Shown piece by piece: positions 17,905 to 31,115 of a DNA stretch of 64,000 bases (the first letter of the stretch is position 1; the number at the start of each line of letters is the position of its first letter). The translations under genes and the position numbers were made by a program. The DNA is from Solirubrobacterales bacterium (lineage in GTDB: Bacteria > Actinomycetota > Thermoleophilia > Solirubrobacterales > 70-9): positions 46,794 to 110,793 of the forward strand of contig DASSLT010000033.1 of the NCBI GenBank assembly GCA_035689305.1, written 5' to 3'. Below the pieces are notes generated by a model. That model ran no database searches, had not been told where the DNA came from, and was given only the letters and a program-made list of their open reading frames with translations.

Positions 17905-18963
17905 GTGTTCGGTCTGATTCTGCCCGGGGCGACGGCTCGCGATCGTGCTGTCGCCTGCCTTGGGGCGGTCGTCGGCATCGCGCTGGCGGGACTGGTCGGG
18001 GCGCTGGTCCACGGCGACAGCGAGGCGCTGCCGTGGATCGTCGCGCCGATGGGTGCTTCCGCCGTGCTGCTGTTCGCGGTGCCGGCCAGCCCGATGGCGC
18101 AGCCATGGCCGATCGTCGGCGGCAACACGCTCTCGGCTCTCGTCGGCTTCCTCGTCGGCCGCGAGCTCGGACACGGGGCGCTCGCCTGTGCCCTGGCGGT
18201 GGGACTGGCGATCGGCCTGATGTCGGCGACCCGGTCGCTGCACCCGCCAGGGGGCGCGGCGGCGCTGACCGGGGCGCTCGGCGGCTCGCTCGTCGACTCC
18301 GCCGGTTGGTGGTTCCCGGTCGCTCCGGTGGCCCTCAACGCGCTGGTGCTGGTCGGTGTCGGCCTGCTCTTTCACCGGCTTTCGGGTCATCCGTACCCGC
18401 ATCCGCAGACGCTGGCGCCGCCGACCCAGGATCCCCTGCCGAGCGAGCGGGTCGGCGTCCGCGACGAGGACCTCGACGCGGTTCTGGCCGGGATCGGGGA
18501 GACCTTCGACGTCGAGCGCGAGGACCTGCGCCTGCTGCTGTCGCAGTTCGAGATGCAGGTGCTCGCCCGCCAGCGTGCCGACTTGGCATGCGGCGAGATC
18601 ATGTCCCGCGACGTGATCACCGTCCGGCGCGACTCCGACCCGGCGGACGCGCGGCAGCTGCTGCTCGACAGCGGCGTCCGCCTCCTGCCGGTCCTCGACG
18701 ACGGCGATCGTCCGGTCGGCGGCGTCGGCCTGCGCGAGCTGGCGCGGCCGGGCGAGGTCGTCGCCGACGTGATGACGCCGCCGCTGACGATCACTCCCTC
18801 GGAGTCGGCGATGCTGCTGACCGGGGCGCTCACCGACGGGCACCGTCACGCGGCGATGGTCGTCGACCCTGCCAGCGGGAAGCTGCTTGGCCTTGTCACC
18901 CAGGCCGATCTGCTCGCCGCCCTGACCCGCGATTCGCTCGACGCTGCTCTGGCTCCGCGGTAG
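17905..18963 (+). CDS. HPP-family membrane protein with C-terminal CBS pair
   Basis: TM segments with the SLHPPGGAAAL (HPP) motif, then two CBS-like units (IMSRDVITV..., VMTPPLTITP...). Confidence 0.8.
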   Translation: MFGLILPGATARDRAVACLGAVVGIALAGLVGALVHGDSEALPWIVAPMGASAVLLFAVPASPMAQPWPIVGGNTLSALVGFLVGRELGHGALACALAVGLAIGLMSATRSLHPPGGAAALTGALGGSLVDSAGWWFPVAPVALNALVLVGVGLLFHRLSGHPYPHPQTLAPPTQDPLPSERVGVRDEDLDAVLAGIGETFDVEREDLRLLLSQFEMQVLARQRADLACGEIMSRDVITVRRDSDPADARQLLLDSGVRLLPVLDDGDRPVGGVGLRELARPGEVVADVMTPPLTITPSESAMLLTGALTDGHRHAAMVVDPASGKLLGLVTQADLLAALTRDSLDAALAPR

Positions 18964-18967
18964 CGCC

Positions 18968-19630
18968 TCAGGCCGCGTGGTCGGGCCAGGGCAGCGGGAA
19001 GAGGTGGCGGTACTCGCGCGCCTCCTCGATCACCCTCGCCACCGCCGGCCGCGCCGCCAGCGCCTCGTAGTAACGGGTCAGCTCCGTCAGCCGCTCTTCG
19101 TCCCAGCGGTGGACGATGCGGGCGTAGAAGAGGGAGGGGGCGGCGGCGCACTCGGCGAGCGTGAACTCGGCGCCGGCCAGCCAGCGGTTGCCGGAGAGCC
19201 GGCCCTCGAGCAGCTCGTAGCTGCGCTCCAGCTCGGCCCGCGCCTCGGCGACGCCGTAGGCGTCCCGGGACTCCTCGGGCCGCAGGCTGTCAGCGACGAT
19301 CCTCCCCATCGGCGTCATCACCCGGCCGTCGCATACCCGGTCCCAGAGGCGGGCCTGCAGGGCGGCCGCCGGCTCGGCCGGGACCAGCGGCGGCGCCGCG
19401 CCGAAGCGGTCCAGGTATTCGATCACCGGGGTCGACTCCGGCACGGTCAGCCGGGCCGCCCCATCGACCAGGACCGGGATGCTGGCCGGCGGCCAGAGCC
19501 GCGCCAGCTCGGCGCGGTCGGCTTCGTCGAGGACGAGGTGCGGCTCGAAAGGGACCTCGCGCTCATAGAGGGCGATCAGCGCCTTCCAGCAGTAGGAGGC
19601 GAAGGGATGCTCGTGCAGGGTCAGGGTCAT
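18968..19630 (-). CDS. Glutathione S-transferase family protein
   Basis: The N-terminal thioredoxin-like part (SYCWKALIALYEREVPFE...IPVLVD...ESTPVIEYL) and a helical C-terminal domain. Its start overlaps the upstream gene's stop by 1 nt. Confidence 0.8.
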   Translation of the reverse strand: MTLTLHEHPFASYCWKALIALYEREVPFEPHLVLDEADRAELARLWPPASIPVLVDGAARLTVPESTPVIEYLDRFGAAPPLVPAEPAAALQARLWDRVCDGRVMTPMGRIVADSLRPEESRDAYGVAEARAELERSYELLEGRLSGNRWLAGAEFTLAECAAAPSLFYARIVHRWDEERLTELTRYYEALAARPAVARVIEEAREYRHLFPLPWPDHAA

Positions 19631-20091
19631 CAGACCGGCTCCCCGGCGAGGAAGCGACCGAGACGGTCGAGCAGCTTGCCGGTGCCGTGCTCGCGCACCT
19701 CGGCGGCGTCGAAGCCGTCGAAGAAGGCGCCCTGCTCGGTGAAGAGGAGGCGGGTGCCGCCGCTCTCGGCCGGGCCGAACTCGACCGTCGTCAGCGAGAC
19801 CGAGATCAGCCGCCGGTCGTGGAAGAGGTCGTAGCTGTAGACGATCCGCTCGCTCTCGACGATGTCGTGGAAGCGGCTGCGGAAGAGTTTGTGGTTACCG
19901 ACGGCGGCGCCGCCGGCGCTGAGCTCGCCGCCGCCGACGCGGAAGTCGAGCTCCCATTCCGCGTCCTCCCAGTTGCCGGCGTTGGCGAACCACTGCCGTT
20001 TCAGCTCGGGATCGGCGAAGGCGCTGAAGGTCTGGGCCGGCGTCTGGGTGTAGCGGCGCTCGATCGTGAATTCGGCGTGGGTGACGCTCAC
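19630..20091 (-). CDS. SRPBCC (AHSA1-like) family protein
   Basis: FTIERRYTQTPAQTFSAFADPELKRQWF. There is a 4-nt overlap with the upstream ArsR gene. Confidence 0.8.
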   Translation of the reverse strand: MSVTHAEFTIERRYTQTPAQTFSAFADPELKRQWFANAGNWEDAEWELDFRVGGGELSAGGAAVGNHKLFRSRFHDIVESERIVYSYDLFHDRRLISVSLTTVEFGPAESGGTRLLFTEQGAFFDGFDAAEVREHGTGKLLDRLGRFLAGEPV

Positions 20092-20432
20092 TGTTTCCTC
20101 CCGTAGGTCTCGTCGAGGACGTCGCCGAGCCGGTCGAGGCGGCGCTCGAGGTCGGCGCGGTGGGCCGCGATCCAGCGCTCCACCGCCTGCATCGGCTCCG
20201 GCTGCAGCCGGCAGGTCCGCACCCGCCCGACCTTTTCCGAGCTGACCAGGCCGCTGCGCTGCAACACCCCGAGGTGCTGGACGACAGCCGGCAGCGACAT
20301 CGCCAGCGGCTCGGCCAGTTCGCTGACCGAGGCCGGGCCGCGGCTCAGCCGTTCCACCATCGAGCGCCGGCTCGGGTCGGCGAGGGCGAGGAAGGCGTCG
20401 TCGAGGTCGGCGGTGGCGGCCATCGGCGTCAC
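20088..20432 (-). CDS. ArsR/SmtB-family transcriptional regulator
   Basis: ALADPSRRSMVERLSRGPASVSELAEPLAMSLPAVVQHLGVLQRSGLVSSEKVGRVRTCRL. Confidence 0.85.
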   Translation of the reverse strand: MTPMAATADLDDAFLALADPSRRSMVERLSRGPASVSELAEPLAMSLPAVVQHLGVLQRSGLVSSEKVGRVRTCRLQPEPMQAVERWIAAHRADLERRLDRLGDVLDETYGRKQ

Positions 20433-20442
20433 CGTAGCAGAT

Positions 20443-20462
20443 ACTTAAGCTGCAACTTAAGT
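20443..20462. promoter_or_regulatory. AT-rich 7-6-7 inverted repeat between divergent ArsR and AraC genes (operator candidate)
   Basis: ACTTAAG-ctgcaa-CTTAAGT sits within a 75-bp divergent intergenic region. Confidence 0.35.
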
Positions 20463-20507
20463 GTTGACCACGCGCCTTCGAGGCAGGCGAGCGGCCGCTA
20501 CCCTCGC

Positions 20508-20951
20508 GTGGTGACGCCGGAGGAGCTCCAGAACCTCGCGCACCTGCGTCGCGCCCGCGACCTGATCGACCGCGATTACGCGCGACCGCTCGACGTCGCC
20601 GACCTCGCCCGCGCGGCGCTGATGTCGCCGGCGCACTTCTCGCGGCAGTTCCGCGCCGCCTACGGGGAGACGCCCTACAGCTACCTGATGACGCGCCGGA
20701 TCGAGAAGGCGAAGGCGCTGCTGCGGGGTGGCGAGCTGTCGGTCACCGAGGTCTGCATGGAGGTCGGATGCACCTCGCTCGGCTCGTTCAGCGCCCGCTT
20801 CACGGAGCTGGTCGGCGAGACGCCGACGACCTACCGGGCCCGCGACCACGGCCGGCTGGCGGCGCTGCCGACCTGCGTCGCCAAGGACATCACCCGGCCC
20901 CGCCGCAAGCCGAGCAGGATTGGAGAAACGCAGGCGCTGCCGGCGCCCTAG
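20508..20951 (+). CDS. AraC-family transcriptional regulator (HTH domain only, ~147 aa)
   Basis: LARAALMSPAHFSRQFRAAYGETPYSYLMTRRIEKAKALL...VTEVCMEVGCTSLGSFSARFTELVGETPTTYR. The start is GTG at 20508. Confidence 0.8.
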   Translation: MVTPEELQNLAHLRRARDLIDRDYARPLDVADLARAALMSPAHFSRQFRAAYGETPYSYLMTRRIEKAKALLRGGELSVTEVCMEVGCTSLGSFSARFTELVGETPTTYRARDHGRLAALPTCVAKDITRPRRKPSRIGETQALPAP

Positions 20952-20961
20952 CCTTGGCCGC

Positions 20962-21372
20962 ATGAACAATCTCACTCTTTCCACCTGCTTCGTCCAAGTC
21001 CAGGATCCCGACAGCGCGCTGGCCTTCTACCGCGACCAGCTCGGCCTCGAGGTGCGCAACGACGTCGGCAAAGGCGATTACCGCTGGATCACCGTCGGCA
21101 GCGCCTCCCAGCCCGACGTCGCGATCGTCCTCACCAACTACGTCAACGGCGGTCCCGACGACGGCGACGCCGTCGCGGCGCTGCTCGCCAAGGGGGCGAT
21201 GAACGGCGTCCACTTCCACACCGACGACCTCGACGGCACCTTCGCCAGGCTGCAGTCGGCCGGGGTCGAGGTCGTCGAAGAGCCGAAGGAGCAGCCGTGG
21301 GGGACCCGCGACTGCGCCGTCCGCGACCCCTCGGGCAACCTCGTCCGGATCGACCAGCCGCCCGCCACCTAG
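20962..21372 (+). CDS. VOC/glyoxalase (bleomycin-resistance-fold) protein
   Basis: CFVQVQDPDSALAFYRDQLGLEV...PWGTRDCAVRDPSGNLVRI. Confidence 0.8.
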   Translation: MNNLTLSTCFVQVQDPDSALAFYRDQLGLEVRNDVGKGDYRWITVGSASQPDVAIVLTNYVNGGPDDGDAVAALLAKGAMNGVHFHTDDLDGTFARLQSAGVEVVEEPKEQPWGTRDCAVRDPSGNLVRIDQPPAT

Positions 21373-21375
21373 CCG

Positions 21376-23754
<2,379 letters not shown>

Positions 23755-23778
23755 GGCGGCCGCCGATAGGATCCGCCC

Positions 23779-24912
23779 GTGGCTCAGCGCGTGCTCATCC
23801 TCGGGGCCGGATTCGGTGGTCTCGAGATCGCGACGATGCTCTCGGAGGGGAGCGGCGGCGAGATCGAGGTGACGCTGATCGACAAGGGGGAGGGGTTCTG
23901 CTTCGGCTTCTCGAAGCTGGAGCTGATGTTCGGGCGGGCCACTCTCGAGGAGCTCCGGATGCCCTACGCCCAGCTCGACAAGCCGGGGCTGCGGTTCGTG
24001 CGGGAGACGATCACGGAGATCGATCCCGAGGCGCGGCGGGTCACCACCGACGGCGGCAGTTATGAGGCCGACGCGATCGTGATCGCGCTCGGCGCCGACT
24101 ACGACTCCGCGGCGACGCCGGGCCTGACCGAGGGGGGCAACGAGTTCTACTCGTTTGCCGGCGCCGAGCGGCTGGGGGAGATCCTGCCGACGTTTGCCGA
24201 GGGCCGGGTGGTGATCGGCGTCTGCGGGGCGCCGTTCAAGTGCCCGCCGGCGCCGAGCGAGTGCGCGCTGCTGCTCGACGACGACCTCCGTTCCCGCGGC
24301 GTCCGCGAGCAGTGCGAGATCTCGTTCGTGATCCCGTTCGGCAAACCGGTGCCGCCCTCGCCGGAGACCTCGGCGGCGCTGGAAGCGGAGTTCGCCGAGC
24401 GCGGGATCGAGTTCGTCCCGGGCCGCCGGGTGGCCGCGCTCGACGGCGAGCGCGGCCAGGTCGTGCTCGACGACGGCACCGAGCTCCCCTACGACCTCTT
24501 CCTCGGCGTGCCCAAGCACCGGGCGCCGGACGTCGTGATCGCCAGCGGCATCGCCGAGGACGGGTTCGTCCCGGTCGATCCGGCGACGCTGAGGACCCGG
24601 TTCGAGAGTGTCTACGCGGTCGGCGACGTCGCCACCGCCGGGGTGCCGAAGGCGGGGGTCTTCGCCGAGGGCGCGGGCCGGATCGTCGCCCAGTCGCTGC
24701 TCGCCGAGCTCCGCGGCGCCGACCCGCCGGGCCGCCACCTCGGACAGGGCACCTGTTACATCGAGTTCGGCCACGGCCGCGTCGCCAGCGTCGACATCGA
24801 CTTCCTCTCCGGCCCCGAGAAAACGGGCACCTTCAACCCCGCTTCCGCGGCTCTGGTGGCCGAAAAGGAAGCCTTCGGAGCCACTCGCCGCAGTCGCTGG
24901 TTCGGCGCCTGA
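23779..24912 (+). CDS. NAD(P)/FAD-dependent oxidoreductase, sulfide:quinone-oxidoreductase-like
   Basis: VLILGAGFGGLE dinucleotide fold, GAPFKCPPAPSE, and AVGDVA. Confidence 0.7.
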   Translation: MAQRVLILGAGFGGLEIATMLSEGSGGEIEVTLIDKGEGFCFGFSKLELMFGRATLEELRMPYAQLDKPGLRFVRETITEIDPEARRVTTDGGSYEADAIVIALGADYDSAATPGLTEGGNEFYSFAGAERLGEILPTFAEGRVVIGVCGAPFKCPPAPSECALLLDDDLRSRGVREQCEISFVIPFGKPVPPSPETSAALEAEFAERGIEFVPGRRVAALDGERGQVVLDDGTELPYDLFLGVPKHRAPDVVIASGIAEDGFVPVDPATLRTRFESVYAVGDVATAGVPKAGVFAEGAGRIVAQSLLAELRGADPPGRHLGQGTCYIEFGHGRVASVDIDFLSGPEKTGTFNPASAALVAEKEAFGATRRSRWFGA

Positions 24913-24926
24913 GCGCCGCCTGCTGC

Positions 24927-24973
24927 GCGTGGTTGAGCTTCGTCTCGCTATCCGCGACGAAGCTCAACCACGC
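24927..24973. terminator. Palindromic hairpin element H1 (18-bp perfect stem)
   Basis: GCGTGGTTGAGCTTCGTC-tcgctatccgc-GACGAAGCTCAACCACGC lies 15 nt after the stop at 24912 and is followed by TTTGTCGATTTT. Confidence 0.55.
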
Positions 24974-25056
24974 TTTGTCGATTTTCGCGTTGCTCGTCCG
25001 TCGCCTGGGTAGAGGCACGGCCAGCGGGGCGGTGCCGAGCGAAACGGAGGCGAAAG

Positions 25057-25656
25057 ATGTCCTCGAGCGTTCTCTACATGTCGATGTCACTCGACGGGTT
25101 CGTCGCCGGCCCGAACGAGGGTCCTGGCAACGGTCTCGGCGACGGCGGCATGCGGCTGCACGAGTGGTTCTTCGAAGGGGAGCCGACCGAACACGGTGGC
25201 GTGCCGGGCCGGCCCGGCGGCGTCAACGGCGAGGTGATGGACGAGTTGGTGGCGAGCGGGGCGGTGGTGACCGGCCGGACGACCTTCGAGCTTGCCGGCG
25301 GCTGGGGCGGCGACCACCACGACGGCGTCCCGATCTTCATCGTCAGTCGCGGTAAGCCCGGGCCGGAGGTGGCGGAGTGGCCGCTGGTGAGCTTCGTCGA
25401 TGACGCCGCCACCGCGATCGCCCGTGCCAAGGAGGCGGCGGGGGAGAAGGACGTGATGGTCCACGGCGTCACCACGACCCACCTGGCGCTCGCCGCCGGC
25501 GCGCTCGACGAGCTGCAGATCCACCTCGTCCCGGTCCTGCTCGGCGGCGGCCGGCGCCTCTTCGAGCAGCCGCTCGCCGAGCAGCCCGAGCTCGAGCTGA
25601 CCCGGGTCCGCGACGGACGCGGCGTCACCCACCTCCGCTACCGCGTCCACAGGTAG
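25057..25656 (+). CDS. Dihydrofolate-reductase-like (RibD C-terminal domain) family protein
   Basis: VLYMSMSLDGFVAGPNEG...DVMVHGVTTTHLALAAGALDELQIHLVPVLLGGGRRLF. Confidence 0.8.
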   Translation: MSSSVLYMSMSLDGFVAGPNEGPGNGLGDGGMRLHEWFFEGEPTEHGGVPGRPGGVNGEVMDELVASGAVVTGRTTFELAGGWGGDHHDGVPIFIVSRGKPGPEVAEWPLVSFVDDAATAIARAKEAAGEKDVMVHGVTTTHLALAAGALDELQIHLVPVLLGGGRRLFEQPLAEQPELELTRVRDGRGVTHLRYRVHR

Positions 25657-25665
25657 GTTCGAGCG

Positions 25666-26016
25666 ATGACCGCCGATCTGTTCGCCGGCGTTCGCGTTGC
25701 CGACTTCGAGGCCGCTGTCGCCTGGTACGAACGCCTGCTCGGCGGGCCGCCCTCCTTTCGGGCCCACGAGACCGAGGTCGTCTGGGAGGTGGCCGAGCAC
25801 GCCTGGATCTTCGTCCGCGAGGATGCCGAGCCGGGCGGCGCCGAGCACGTGCTCTTCGTCGACGACCTCGACGCCCGCGTGAGCGAGATCGCCGCCCGCG
25901 GGATCGAGCCCGCCGAGCGCGAGACCTACTCCAACGGGGTCCGCAAGGCGATCTACCGCGACGCCGACGGCAACGAGATCGGCCTCGGCGGCGCCCCGTC
26001 CCCCGAGCGTGGTTGA
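25666..26016 (+). CDS. VOC/glyoxalase-family protein
   Basis: FAGVRVADFEAAVAWYERLLG...AIYRDADGNEIGLG. Confidence 0.7.
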   Translation: MTADLFAGVRVADFEAAVAWYERLLGGPPSFRAHETEVVWEVAEHAWIFVREDAEPGGAEHVLFVDDLDARVSEIAARGIEPAERETYSNGVRKAIYRDADGNEIGLGGAPSPERG

Positions 26017-26051
26017 GCTTTTACGCCCTATAGATGTAAAAGCTCAACCAC
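26009..26051. terminator. Palindromic hairpin element H2 between convergent genes
   Basis: GTGGTTGAGCTTTTA-cgccctatagatg-TAAAAGCTCAACCAC. The TGA stop of the VOC gene lies inside the left arm. H2 shares GCGTGGTTGAGCTT with H1. Confidence 0.55.
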
Positions 26052-26067
26052 AAGTGCAGCGGGGGGG

Positions 26068-28341
<2,274 letters not shown>

Positions 28342-28764
28342 TCATCCGGCCAAGCATTCGGGGCAGCGGCCCCAGTAGATGACCTCGGCCTCGTCGATCG
28401 CGAAGCCGTGGTCATCGGCAGCGGTCAAGCAGGGGGTGGTGCCGGTCGCGCAATCGACGTCGGCGATCGCGCCGCACGAGCGGCAGATGACGTGGTGGTG
28501 GTTGTCGTCGACCCGCGCCTCATAGCGGGCGGCGGACCCCGCCGGCTGGATCCGGCGCAGGAGGCCGGCGTCGGTCAGTGCCCGCAGCACGTCATAAACG
28601 GCCTGGACCGAGACCTCGCCGAGGTCGTCGCCGACCGCGTCGATGATCGTGTTGGTATCGGCGTGGGGATGCTGGTGGACCGCGGTCAGCGCCGCCAGCC
28701 GCGGGCGCGTGACCCGCAGGTCGGCGTCGCGCAGCAGGCTCTCGAAATCAGCGGTCGTCGGCAC
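28342..28764 (-). CDS. furA: Fur-family regulator (FurA-type, upstream of katG)
   Basis: RVTRPRLAALTAVHQHPHADT, HHHVICRSCGAIADVDC and GRCPEC. GTG start. The gene lies 34 nt upstream of katG. Confidence 0.9.
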   Translation of the reverse strand: MPTTADFESLLRDADLRVTRPRLAALTAVHQHPHADTNTIIDAVGDDLGEVSVQAVYDVLRALTDAGLLRRIQPAGSAARYEARVDDNHHHVICRSCGAIADVDCATGTTPCLTAADDHGFAIDEAEVIYWGRCPECLAG

Positions 28765-28778
28765 GGCGCCGACAGTAC

Positions 28779-28802
28779 CACTTTCTGGAATCGATCAAGT
28801 TT
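28779..28802 (-). promoter_or_regulatory. Candidate furA promoter / FurA box
   Basis: The minus strand reads AACTTGATCGATTCCAGAAAGTGG and ends 15 nt upstream of the GTG. It closely resembles the AT-rich CTTGACTAATTCCAGAAAAGG element I recall at the mycobacterial furA promoter. Confidence 0.45.
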
Positions 28803-28902
28803 ACGTTCGGAGCGGTTTCCTCGTGGTGACGGGGGAGAGTTGGACTCCTGCGCGGCTTGGGGTGGGATGGACGTGGCGCTAATTTCTGATAATCTGATTT
28901 CT

Positions 28903-29154
28903 GTGAAGAGGCTTAGCGCAACCGAGGCGTCGCGGAACTTCGCAGACGTGCTGAACGGCGTCGAGCGTGGCGGCGAGCCGGTGCTCGTCGTCCGTCGCGG
29001 GCGAGCAGTGGCGAAGATCAGCCCCGTTCTCGCCGAAAACGGCAAGGACCTGAAGGACGCCCTGCGCAGCCACCGGCCCGATCGCGAGTGGGCGGGCGAG
29101 CTGCGGGAGCTGCGCGGAAGCCTCGAGCCGGTGGCAGACCCCTGGCGCGACTGA
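28903..29154 (+). CDS. Type II antitoxin (Phd/YefM- or VapB-like)
   Basis: VKRLSATEASRNFADVLNGVERGGEPVLVVRRGRAVAKISP is typical of an antitoxin N-terminus. The start is GTG 28903, or the in-frame ATG at 28867. It is preceded by the AT-rich TAATTTCTGATAATCTGATTTCTG. Confidence 0.7.
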   Translation: MKRLSATEASRNFADVLNGVERGGEPVLVVRRGRAVAKISPVLAENGKDLKDALRSHRPDREWAGELRELRGSLEPVADPWRD

Positions 29155-29537
29155 TCCTCGACACGACGGTCCTGGTCGACGCCGAGCGCGGCTCGGTGGT
29201 CCTCGACGACCTGATCGAAGACGGCGACGACGTCGCGATTGCGGCGATCACCGTTGCCGAGCTGCGGGTCGGCGTCGAGCTGGCATCGGGGCGACGCCGG
29301 GGGCGGCGAGAGGCGTTCGTGAACGCGGTCGTCGAGGCGGTCTCGGTGGAGCCCTACGACCTCGACGTCGCCCAGGCGCACGCTCGGCTGCTGGCCGAGT
29401 CGAGGCGGAGCGGCCGGCCCCGCGGACCGCACGACCTGATCATCGCCGCGACGGCCCGAGCCCGGGAAAGGACCGTTGTCAGTGCCGACCTCCCCGGCTT
29501 TGCCGAGTTGCCCGGGGTTCGGTTGCTGGAGCGGTGA
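29088..29537 (+). CDS. vapC: PIN-domain toxin VapC
   Basis: LILDTTVLVDAERG (first acidic residue), IAAITVAEL and PHDLIIAATA. The only canonical in-frame start is ATG 29088, which overlaps the antitoxin gene by 67 nt. Confidence 0.75.
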   Translation: MGGRAAGAARKPRAGGRPLARLILDTTVLVDAERGSVVLDDLIEDGDDVAIAAITVAELRVGVELASGRRRGRREAFVNAVVEAVSVEPYDLDVAQAHARLLAESRRSGRPRGPHDLIIAATARARERTVVSADLPGFAELPGVRLLER

Positions 29538-30587
29538 TCACCACTCTCCCTTCCGGGCGTTCGCCCAGAGGTCGATCCCGCCGTCGCCGCCGGCGCTGAG
29601 GCGGTCGATCTCGGCCAGCTCCTCGGCCGAGAGGTCGAGGTTGTCGAGGGCGGCGACGTTCTGCTCGAGCTGCTCGACCGAGGAGGCGCCGATCACCAGC
29701 GAGGTGACGCGCTCGTCGCGCAGGGCCCAGGCGAGGGCGAGCTGGGCGAGGGTCTGGCCACGGCGGGAGGCGACCTCGTTGAGGGCGCGCAGGCGCCCGA
29801 CCATCTCCTCGTCGAGCCACTCGCGGTCGAAGGTCGGCTGGTCTTTCGTCGCCCGCGACCCCTCCGGGACGCCGTCGAGGTAGCGGCCGGTGAGCAGGCC
29901 CTGGGCGAGGGCGGTGAAGCCGATCACGCCGAAGCCGAGCTCGGCCGCGGCGTCGAGCAGGCCTTCGTCCTCGATCCACCGGTTCAGCATCGAGTAGGAG
30001 GGCTGGTGGATCAGCAGCGGCGTGCCGAGCTCGCGGAGGATCGCCACCGCCTCGCGGCTGCGCTCGGCGTCGTAGGAGGAGATGCCGACGTAGAGCGCCT
30101 TGCCCTGGCGCACAGCGGTGTCGAGCGCGCCCAGCGTCTCCTCCAGCGGCGTCGAGCCGTCGAGCCGGTGCGAGTAGAAGACGTCGACGTACTCGAGTCC
30201 CATCCGCCGCAGCGACTGGTCCAGCGACGAGAGCAGGTACTTGCGCGAGCCGCCGCCCTGGCCGTAGGGCCCCGGCCACATGTCCCAGCCGGCCTTGGTC
30301 GAGATCACCAGCTCGTCGCGATAGGGGCCGAAGTCCTCCTTCAGCAATCGGCCGAAGTTGATCTCGGCCGAGCCGTAGGGTGGCCCGTAGTTGTTGGCGA
30401 GGTCGTGGTGGGTGATGCCGAGGTCGAAGGCGCGGCGGGCGATCGCGCGCTGGACGTCGAAGGGCCGGTCGTTGCCGAAGTTGTGCCAGTAGCCGAGCGA
30501 GAGGAGCGGCAGGTCGAGCCCGGAGCGGCCACAGCGCCGGTACCGCATCGCGCCCTCGTAGCGGTCGCTGTCGGCGCGGTAGCTCAT
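29538..30587 (-). CDS. Aldo/keto reductase (YghZ/L-glyceraldehyde-3-phosphate-reductase-like)
   Basis: GITHHDLANNYGPPYGSAE, VISTKAG and ALYVGISSY. Confidence 0.85.
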   Translation of the reverse strand: MSYRADSDRYEGAMRYRRCGRSGLDLPLLSLGYWHNFGNDRPFDVQRAIARRAFDLGITHHDLANNYGPPYGSAEINFGRLLKEDFGPYRDELVISTKAGWDMWPGPYGQGGGSRKYLLSSLDQSLRRMGLEYVDVFYSHRLDGSTPLEETLGALDTAVRQGKALYVGISSYDAERSREAVAILRELGTPLLIHQPSYSMLNRWIEDEGLLDAAAELGFGVIGFTALAQGLLTGRYLDGVPEGSRATKDQPTFDREWLDEEMVGRLRALNEVASRRGQTLAQLALAWALRDERVTSLVIGASSVEQLEQNVAALDNLDLSAEELAEIDRLSAGGDGGIDLWANARKGEW

Positions 30588-30596
30588 CTCCCCAAA

Positions 30597-30977
30597 CTAG
30601 TCGGGCCAGGCCGCCTCGACCACTTCGCCGTCGCCGCCCTCCGGCTTGGGGCCGCCGATCGCGATCAGCGTCAGGCCGTCGTCGCCGGCCTCGAAGGCCC
30701 GCGTCACCGCCGGCGCGAGCCGCAGGACGTCGCCCTCGCGCAGCTCGATCAGCTCGCCGTCCAGCAGCGCCCGGCCCGAGCCGGAGAGGACGAAGTAGGC
30801 CTCCTCCTGCTCGCGATGGTGGTGGGCGACCGGGGTGCGGACGCCCGGGCCGTAATCCCAGCGGCTGACGCCGAGATCGCGCGAGCCGAGGTGTTTGCGC
30901 GCGAAGCGGCCCTCGAACCCGTCGGCGTCGGGGTCGGGCTCGATCTCGTCGAAGTTGATCTTGGCGTAGTCGGTCAT
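30597..30977 (-). CDS. Cupin-domain protein
   Basis: VAHHHREQEEAYFVLSGSGRALLDGELIELREGDVLRLAP. Confidence 0.75.
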   Translation of the reverse strand: MTDYAKINFDEIEPDPDADGFEGRFARKHLGSRDLGVSRWDYGPGVRTPVAHHHREQEEAYFVLSGSGRALLDGELIELREGDVLRLAPAVTRAFEAGDDGLTLIAIGGPKPEGGDGEVVEAAWPD

Positions 30978-31115
30978 GGTCGCCGACGATAAAGCAGCGC
31001 CTGACCCGGCCGTTGGCCATCCGGCCAGATCCGCGGCTGGGCAGGCGTTTTTGCTCTAGAATCTCTGAGCATAGGTCGGGTCGGGAGCCCGGCCACTCTT
31101 TGGGAGGAGAGTCAG

